A stretch of DNA of 64,000 nt from the human T2T-CHM13v2.0 reference genome, Homo sapiens: assembly GCF_009914755.1 (NCBI RefSeq), contig NC_060933.1, one strand, 5' to 3'. Within the stretch, counting starts at the first letter, position 1, and each line of letters begins with the position of its first letter. Made by a program: the position numbers and the translations under genes. Positions 54,936 to 64,000 of this stretch are shown piece after piece. The notes below the pieces were generated by a model. It was not told where the DNA came from, ran no database searches, and saw nothing but the letters and a program-made list of their open reading frames with translations.

Positions 54936-57405
54936 ACACACACACACACCACACATGCACATGCAAACCACACACACAAATCACACACACACGTAAGCCA
55001 CACACACAAATCACACACATCAGACACACCACACACGTACATGTAAACCACACACACAATCACACACCACACACACGTAAACCACACACACAAATCACAC
55101 ACATCAGATACACCACACATGCACATGTAAACCACACAAAATCACACACCACATGCACCATACACGCACATGTAAGCCACATACAAATCACACACACTAC
55201 ACACACACTTAAACCACACACACAAACCACACACATCAGACACACCACACATGCACATGGGGACCACACACACAAATCACACACACCACACACACACATA
55301 TCACACACATCATACACACACATAATACACACACACAAATCATGGCACACACCATACACGCACATCTAAACCACACACACACAAATCATATACACGCACA
55401 CACACCACACACGTCAACTATACACACAAAAATCACACATTCCTTCACTACACAGGCATATATAAACTACACACAGAAATCACAAAGGCAGACACACTAC
55501 ACATGCATATGTAAATTACACACACATAAACTACTCACACAACCTATACACACAAATCATACATGCACTATACATGCACATATAAACTACACACTATACA
55601 CACACAAATCACCCACATGCACACACACGGCACATACTACACCTACACCTGTGAACTACACACATACATAAACTACACACACAAACTACACACAGATATA
55701 AACCACACACACAAAGTACACACACATAAACCACACACACAAACTACACACACATGAACTTCACACACAAACTACACATACATATAAATGATACACAAAC
55801 TATTCACACACAAACTACACACATAAACCACACACACACATAAACCACACAAAACACACACACATAAACTACACACACAAACTGTTCACACATATAAAAA
55901 CACACACAAAGTACACCCAAACTATACACACAAACCACACACACATATAAACCACACACACAAACCATACACATACATATAAACCACACACACAAAGTAC
56001 ACACACATAAACTATACACAAACTACACACACACATATAAACCACATACACAAACTATACACAAACACATAAACTACACACACAAACTACATACACATAT
56101 AAACCACACACGCAAAGTACACACATGTAAACTGCACACACAAACTATACACACACAAAGTGCACACACATAAACTACACACAAACCACACACACATACA
56201 AACCACATACACAAACTATACACACACACATAAACTACACACACAAACTACATGCACATATAAACCACACAAAGTACACATTCATAAACTACACACACAA
56301 ACTATACACACATATAAATCACACACAAAGTATACACATGTAAACTGCACACACAAACTATACACACACAAATAAACCACACACACAAAGTACACACACA
56401 TAAAGTACACACGAACCACACACACATATATAAATCACATACACAAACTATACACAAACACATAAACTACACACACAAACTACACGCACATATAAACCAC
56501 ACACACAAAGTACACTTTCATAAACTACACAAACTATACACACATATAAACCACACACACAAAGTACACACATGTAAACTGCACACACAAACTATACACA
56601 CACATATAAATCACACACACAAAGTACACACACATAAACTACACATGCAAACTATACACACACATATAAATCCCACACACAAAGTACACACATGTAAACT
56701 ACACACAGAAATGATACACATATAAACCACACACACAAACTACACATACATAAACTACACACAGAAACTATACACACACATATAAACCACTCACACAAAC
56801 TACACATACATAAACTACACACACATAAATCACACACAAACTACACACACAAACTCTACACACACATATAAACCACACACACAAACTACACACACAAACT
56901 CTACACACACATATAAACCACACACACAAACTACACATACATAAACTTCAGAAACTACACATTCATATAAACGATACACACACAAACTACACACACATAT
57001 AAACCACACACACAAACTACACACACATAAACTGCACACAGAAACTATACACACACATACAAACTATGCAAACTATACACACCCATATAAACCACACACA
57101 CAAACTATACACACATAAACTTCACACACAAACTACCCATTCATATAAATCATACACACACAAACTACACACACACATATAAACCACACACACAAAGTAT
57201 ACACACATAAACTACACACATATAAACTACACATGCAAACTATACACACATAAACTAAACACACAGACTACACACATATAAACTACATATGCAAAGTATG
57301 CACATGCACATAAACCACACACACAAACTGTACACACAATATAAACCATACACACGAGCTACACACACATGTAAACTACATACAGAAACTACACACACAC
57401 ATAAA
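54936..57405 (+). repeat. About 2.5-kb complex CA-rich array
   Basis: (CA)n runs punctuated by aaact, aaacc, taaac and aaagt; very few G on the + strand. Confidence 0.97.
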
Positions 57406-58307
57406 TAACCACCAGGTGGGAGGACTGGGTGGAGTGAGAAGTCAGAGAATCCTTTACATATGTGTTGACTTTTGAAACACGTAAATGTTTACACGTTCAG
57501 AAATAGAATTAAATTGACAAGCACAAAAAAATTGAACATTGAATTCAAACAGAAATCAATGAACCTAAAACAATTGACAGCAACACCAGATGGAAACAAG
57601 AATGGAAGTGGCTTTCGAAGGGGCCTCTGGCTGTGGGGACCCGCAGCTCCGCGTCGCAGGCTGGTTTTGTCGCAGCAGGAGCGCTGCTGTGGTCGTCTGA
57701 AACCACTGTCTGTGGATTAAGGGCTGGTCACCCCCAGCAGCTTGGTGGTCCTCCTCGGAACCAGGACTCTTTCTCTCGCTGGGAGGCGGGAGATAGGGAT
57801 GTGGAACGGGAAACAAAGAGGGTTCCTGGGGGCTTGTGCTTGGACCGGAAGCGGCAGCAATAACTCATAATTCAAAAAAAATCCATTTTCTGTCTCTAAC
57901 CACTGAAAGGAGCTAACATTGGCGCTACCCAAGCACACAGGCACACGGGTGGTTTCCGAAGCTGTGCGGCACGATGGGGCCTAAGTCCAGATCTGGGTGG
58001 AGGTGGGCACAGGATGAGCCAGAGTATGGATCGCGTCGCGCCAGGAGGGCGGACGCACTTGAGGACAGACGGGCATGCCTCAACAGGCCAAAAAGGCCAG
58101 GTGGAAGGGGCTCTGGTGGCCAAATTTGAGACATAGGATGAAGAGCATTGGATGAACAGTATAGTCCATGGCCGCCCTAGAAGGAGGGAGCACTTCCTCC
58201 TAGAACAATCCAGCCAACGTGGGAGAGGCGATGGGTTTGAAAGTCCCCATTTGTGCACTCCCCCTGGAATGAACACATTCAGGTGAAGATCAGCAGCGGA
58301 TGTTGAA

Positions 58308-58733
58308 GTCGGCTGAATAGCATCCCCAAGGCAAGTGCCTATCCTAAGCCCCAGAACCTGTAATCACAGGTCCCCTTGTATGGCAAGAGGGGCTTTGCAA
58401 ATGTGGCTAAGTGAGGGACCTGGAGATGGGGAGGCCACCCTGGATTATCCAGGTGGGCCCTGGTGATCTTCAGGGTCCTTTTAAGAGGGAGGCAGGAGGT
58501 TCAGAGCCTGAGGAGGGGATGCAGTGATGGACGCGGAGCTTGGAGGGATGGGGTTTGGAAACGGAGGAAAGGGCCACACATGTACCCAGGAACACTGGTA
58601 GAAGGAATGCAGCCCTGCCGACACCGATCTCAGCCCGGTGTGACCCATTTTAGACTTCCGGTCTACAGAGCTGGGAGAGAACACACCTGTGTTGTTTGTG
58701 GTAATCTGTTACAGCAGCCACAGGCAACTAACT
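58308..58733 (+). mobile_element. MLT1 (MLT1D-like) MaLR LTR
   Basis: ccctggattatccaggtgggccc, gaaggaatgcagccctgccgacacc, tttgtggtaatctgttacagcagccacagg. Confidence 0.8.
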
Positions 58734-59330
58734 CGGGTGCCAAAGCCATTGAGTTAAGGGCTGTTGGGGAACAGGATATTCACGCTCCTAGGACCACCAG
58801 TTACAAAGGGGAGGGGGACTTACGCAGGAGCAGCTGGCGACAGTCCTTCCCCCATGACTGGATGTAGCATCACCTGGGAGGGACAGCTGACATGTCCCCT
58901 GCTGTGACGGGCAGAGGACAGCGTCTCCTGTGAGTGTTGCTGCACAAAACACCACACCCGAATTTCATGCTGGGCCAGTCTGGGTTATGCTGCTTCCTGC
59001 CGGACAGCTGACCAGACCCTGGAAGCCAGTGGTGTCACTAAAGGAAAAGAGCTCATCTGGTGTAGGAGGCTTAATTGTGGCAGGAGGGCATAGGTGGGGG
59101 GGTGGTAAGAAGGAAGTGTCAGGAGGGAATGATGCTGCTAGGCATTTGGAGGCGGAGCTCAGGGGCAGGAAGAGGATTTGGAAGAATGATGGATAGAATT
59201 GATGACAGGCTGAATTTTAGGTGTCTGAGAAAAATCCAAGTGGAAACAATTCAGAAGATGCATGAATATTCAAGTATGGGCATGGAAGAAAAGTCTGGAC
59301 TGGAAATATATATTTAAAAGTAAATAGGGC

Positions 59331-59626
59331 GGCCAGTTGCAGTGGCTCATTCCTTTATTTCCAGCACTTTGGGAGGCTGAGGTGGGCGGATCACGAGGTC
59401 AGGAGATCGAGACCATCCTGGCCAGTACGCTGAAAGCCTGTCTCTATTAAAAATACAAAAATTAGCTGGGCATGGTGGCATGAACCTGTAATCCCAGCTA
59501 CTTGCGAGGCTGAGGCAGGAGAATCGCTGGAATCTGGGAAGTTGGAGGTTGCAGTGAGTCAAGATCGCCACTGCACTCCAGCCTGGCAACAAAGGAAGAC
59601 TCCATCTCAAAAAAAAAAAAAAAAAA
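59331..59626 (+). mobile_element. Alu inserted in an L2 remnant
   Basis: Imperfect TSD aaaagtaaataggg / aaaagtacaggg. Confidence 0.9.
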
Positions 59627-60014
59627 GTACAGGGTATGAGTGACAGTTAAAGTCACACCTGTGAATTGGTGGAAAGATGTGAAACAGCCAACTCAGGGTC
59701 CGAAATGAAATAAGACAGACTCATGTTTCCTGACTTTACTATAACATTGCCTATTGCATTTTCAAGCATGAAGGGGAAAATATATATTTTTTTATGGAGA
59801 TACTTTGATCTTTCAAATTCTGGACCTGGGATGTGAAATGGCCATGGCCTTAGTTATTTTAACTGGCTAACTCATAGAATCCCTTTTCTGTGTTCCACAA
59901 ATGTGCCACATTTTGTGCTATTCATATTCCTTTATCTAGTATATCCTCTTTCATTAATCTATTTTAGTGCAGTAATAGTTATATTTGCAGATCTAAGAAC
60001 TAATTGCTTGACTT

Positions 60015-60693
60015 TGTTAATGGATAAAACAAACTGTAATATATTTTAAAGAGGTTTATTCTGAAACAATATGAGTGACTGAGGCCTGGAGAAAACACGC
60101 AACCAAGAAGGCTTGAGTAAGTGGTTCCGAGGTGGCCGGATTGGTTTGGTTTTATACATTTCAGGGAGGCAGGAGTTACAGGCAAAGACATCAACACATG
60201 GAAGGTATACACTGGTTCGGTTCAAAAAGGGGGATTATCTTCAGGAGACGTCTTATAGGTTGTAGGTGGACTTGGGGATTCTCTGGTTTGTGATTGGTTA
60301 AAGGAGTAAGGCCCTGTCTACAGCTTAGAGTTGACAGAAAGGAAGGTAAGAATGCTCTGTCAGAGTCAGCCACAATAAAATGCCCTGGTTAGCAAGCCTG
60401 ATGGCCTGCAGGCCTGACTTACACCTGCCTTGCATGGCCTTAGGGCTTGTTCATAATTTGTTATCTTATGGCCACACAGGGTCTGTTCTGTCAGTCTTAG
60501 GATCTCTATTTTAACACCGCTGCTGGTTACTTGTTGAGTCCAAACTCCAAAACAGAGGAGGTATGATGAGGTGTGTCTGACCTCCCTTTCTTTCAGGGCC
60601 AGAAACAGCTTTTCAGTTTTCTCTGGGGTCCTCTTGGCCAAGAAGTTTCTGTTCAGTTGGTTGGGGGGCTTAGAATTTTATACTTAGTTTACA
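60015..60693 (-). mobile_element. MER4-group solo LTR
   Basis: gaggtttattctga...ttttatacatttcagggaggcag...ggggggcttagaattttat...tttaca; flanks actt/acct. Confidence 0.75.
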
Positions 60694-61504
60694 ACCTAGC
60701 GTTGGTCTATATTATATGCTCAGGAAAGTTTCTGAAATAGCCCTGGACTGGTTGGGTGATCTAGGATATGGAAAATGGGCCTGTGTCCTGAATGATGCAC
60801 TTGAAAATGGAATATAAGACTCTGTAAAACTCAAAGCATCTGTGAACACAAAATTCAATTGAGTTGATTTTCCGCAGGCTTTCTCCACTGCTAACAGTTA
60901 CAATTCAATCTCAGTTATACATGGTGTCCAAAAGAAGCACATTGTGGTGACCAGCAGAAACCAATTTTTGCTTGAAGAATAAAGGTTGCAATTTTGCAAA
61001 GGTCATGTGTTATATAAATTTTCAGTAAGATGAGATAGTTTTAAATATTTATGGCATGGACCTAAAATACACTTGCACTCTTTAGGATGAAGGAATCTAT
61101 TAATTTTTTGGTAAGTGAGGAATTTAAATGGCCACTAATTTCTTCCACGAACAGCTCTGCACGTTTTTCTCCACGTGTTTGTAGCGTGTACCCTTATCGG
61201 TCAAGCAACACTGAGGGGTATTCTGTGAGCACATCTTTAGAATGATACATTAAAATTCTAGTAAATCTTAAGGCCTAGATGATATAAACTCTGAAGTCAT
61301 CTTGCTCAACAGAAATTATCAATAAACCTTTTTATAGTTCACTAAAAATAAAGAACAGAGTTAATAATCTTGACATTTTTATTCCTGCAAGTTGAAAAAG
61401 TTCATGTGTTTTTTCTCAATCTACTAAAGATCTAAATTATTTTGATATAGTTTCAGACTTACTTTGTAACTGAAAGTGATTTTTCTCATTTTTGTTGATA
61501 GAAA

Positions 61505-61586
61505 TAAAAACATCAGTAGGAGGGGAAGGAGGAAGGAAGGAGAAGAAAGAGGAAGAATAGGAGGAGAAGAGGAAGAGAGGAAGAAG
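61505..61586 (+). repeat. GA-rich low-complexity tract
   Basis: Direct. Confidence 0.8.
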
Positions 61587-62109
61587 TCGTGAACAGCCCT
61601 CCTGCATTTTGCATCAGGTAGAAAAGTCAGTTGAATGTTGGGAAGAACACAAATAGTAAGTACATAGATTTTCATGTAATAAAAATACCCATTGTTATCA
61701 ATGCAGGAATGTGCATTTTTTGAGTCACCATAAGATGACAGAGAGCCCCTGGGGCCACCCTTTGGTGTCTCCCAGCTTCCGATGGCAGTCAAGCTTGTAG
61801 CAGAGGGACCTGCGTCCCATGTGCCCCTCATCTCCACACTGCCCTAGGCTTGGCTAAGGGAACTATTGTTGTTCATGTTCCCAAGGGCAACTGTGCAAAT
61901 GTTCCACTTGCCCTTCAGCATGGGGTGATTCTCCTATGCACAGAAGCAAACACAATAGTTTAAAACAGGGATAACTCAGTAGATTACCCCTGATCCGTCC
62001 AACTGTGCTTTATCGTTATCTTGTTACAGTTTCTGGGTGGAGCCTATTTTTCCAGCTTTTGGCTGCTCTGAGCCGAAGGATGGTAGTAGGGCAGGAGAAG
62101 GGGAATTGA

Positions 62110-62310
62110 ATTAATATTTATCAAGGGCCTGACACGAGCCCAGCACTGTGAAGACACCCTCTACACCTGTTATCTTACTAAATCCTCAGTTCAATCCTTT
62201 GGGACAAGTGTCACGCTGTTTGCAAATGAGGAAACTAAAACTCATTAAAAATAAGCGACATGCGCAGATCATGTAGATAATATAGAGTAAGGGTTTAAAC
62301 TCTGGACTCT
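62110..62310. mobile_element. MIR remnant
   Basis: tttgcaaatgaggaaactaaaactca core; similar cores at about 34155, 39260, 47615 and 63365. Confidence 0.65.
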
Positions 62311-64000
62311 TTGGGACCAGTAACCATCCTCTTAACTGTTCCACACTTTCTTCCATGTAATGTAGAAATATTTGATTTATTAATAATGTATTCCTTTACA
62401 ACTTCTGAATGGGATCTGAGATAAATGTATTCATAAGCCCTATATATGATAGTTAAGTATAAGGTGAAAATAGGGAACCATTTAGACAAAAGAGAAGATG
62501 ATTACATATGAGGCTAACATAGTAAGATCATGAAAATTAAGTTTAGTTTCTCTTCTCCGGTTAGACAAGAGGAAGGGAGGTGTGGCAGGTCCCTGGCTTT
62601 CCCCATTTCTCAGGGCAGACCTTGGGTTGTGATCTGATCTCATGTGGTTCTCCAAGACCTTCAGGGAAGACTTTGTTCTGTTTTGTTAAGTTTGAGGTTA
62701 TTTCTCAATTTGTTTGTCATTTTGCTGATTAAGAAGCATAACAGAAATTTATTCTGCAGAAAAGGAAACTGATTAAGAAAACGCAGTGCTTTTATCAGGG
62801 ACTTTCCAGGATAGATGAATAGATACTGTATATTTATTATTTCAACTCGTGAAAAAAAATCAAGGACATGTTATTAAATTGTAGTTTCTTGAAAATCTTT
62901 TAACAGTAAATAAATCTAATGCATACCAAGTACTTTGCCATTCAGTGGTCTAACAATAAAAAGAGATAACCTAAAGAATATCTGGCTTGTGTGTTCCTTA
63001 GGTCAACATGTGTAAATAACTAGCAGGTTGGAGGCATTATGTTTCACTTCCACGCAACCTGTTGCATTTTGCAGGGGTCAATGATTTAGGCACCAATGCC
63101 CCTGTGTTTTTTAAAGGGACAAAATACAACCACAATTTCCCTGAACTATGGATTTTAGACTCTAGTTACATATGGGCTAATTTAAATATTCCAAGTAAAG
63201 CATATAAGAAAATATAGTCAAAATAGCATGATAATAATTTGACAAGTAAACATTATCGCACTTTCTAAAGCATCCATCTGTATGACAAATTATATGGTCC
63301 ACCCTATTTATCAGGTCCACCCTAATAACAACCCTCTCTTGAAGGATTATATTACCCTGGTCTTTCAAATGAGGAAATTAACAGTATTGAGATCCCAACC
63401 AAAAGGTCTGGCTTCAGAGCTGGCGTGCTTAGTCACTGTACTGTATGGCCGCTCTGCATTCTAGTTTTATTATTATGATCTGGTTGTAAGTGAGTTTACA
63501 AGAGACAAGGGGAGAAGAGTAGGCATAAAATAGAAGCCAAGATCTAGAATCACTCATTCAAAATATATGGTTACTATTTCCCCCTTTCCACAGTCACTTA
63601 GAAGGCACTCCTGATACATTTTAAACCTAAGTCTTAGAATAGTATTAGATTCCTGAGAAAATGACAGCTTTTCCTCTTTGATAAAAAGTCTTGTATTAAT
63701 TACGTGTCCCCTTTGCTTTGACTGTTATAATAAAGCCTTATATCTTAAAGATGTCCACAATGCCAGCCCTCCACAAGTCTCACCTTCAGCATTTTCTTAC
63801 TATTCCAGTTTACATTATTTCCTGCTCCTAATTTTTAAGCTTAAATTACTTAGCCATTTTTATGTGGTTATCCATCTGGTCAAGTGACTTGGAAATGGGG
63901 CAACAAAATAGAATGACAGATTGGTTTGCATAGGAAAACAGACAGAAAAGGAACGACAGCAATACAGGACCAGATGGATGTTTCCCAGAAGCAAAGAAAA

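Larger units (their letters stand above)
54340..59050 (+). mobile_element. Old L1 (L1MC4/L1ME-like) ORF2 end and 3'UTR, GC-shifted, interrupted by the CA-rich array and MLT1
   Basis: ORF 54421 MQIQAMQRCSFSHIRLAAIQK...LPLDPAIPFLGISP versus L1 MQIKTTMRYHLTPVRMAIIKK...LPFDPAIPLLGIYP; 3'UTR-like words at 57410-57580, 58090-58260 and 58745-58970. Confidence 0.7.

Noticed and set aside
61140-61240. Small CpG-containing patch in the AT-rich block
   Set aside because: No recognisable motif, frame or RNA structure; needs conservation data.
61809-61844. Minus-strand Gly-X-Y run (GQCGDEGHMGRR) suggesting a collagen exon
   Set aside because: Only four triplets, no convincing splice sites, and the pattern does not continue.

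Overview
Primate (probably human or great-ape) non-coding genomic DNA. I can support no intact protein-coding gene, RNA gene or CRISPR array; the long ORFs in the track are explained by simple repeats, VNTRs, Alus or L1 remnants. The window reads as a three-block mosaic. Block 1 (about 1-27,620) is very Alu-dense and contains a CpG-rich promoter-like segment at about 16.6-16.8 kb with TCTCGCGAGA and ACTACATTTCCC motifs, plus candidate minus-strand first exons and a micro-exon. Block 2 (about 27,800-59,050) is GC-rich and subtelomere-like, with (GGAT)n/(CCAT)n arrays, two VNTRs, a 2.5-kb CA-rich array, many solo LTRs and an old L1 shifted toward GC. Block 3 (about 59,050-64,000) is ordinary AT-rich sequence. 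The block 1/2 junction carries an inverted, diverged copy of the Alu-plus-unique-flank found at 230-424, which is direct evidence of a templated rearrangement. This architecture suggests a mosaic segmental duplication. From memory it resembles the OR7E/FAM86/LINC00937-type duplicons, but that is unverified and no OR coding sequence is in the window. I did not find a convincing novel biological system. The best leads are the templated junction, the captured promoter with its possible chimeric transcripts, and several regulatory or unstable repeats. Repeat family names were assigned by eye from recalled consensus sequences, and boundaries are approximate.
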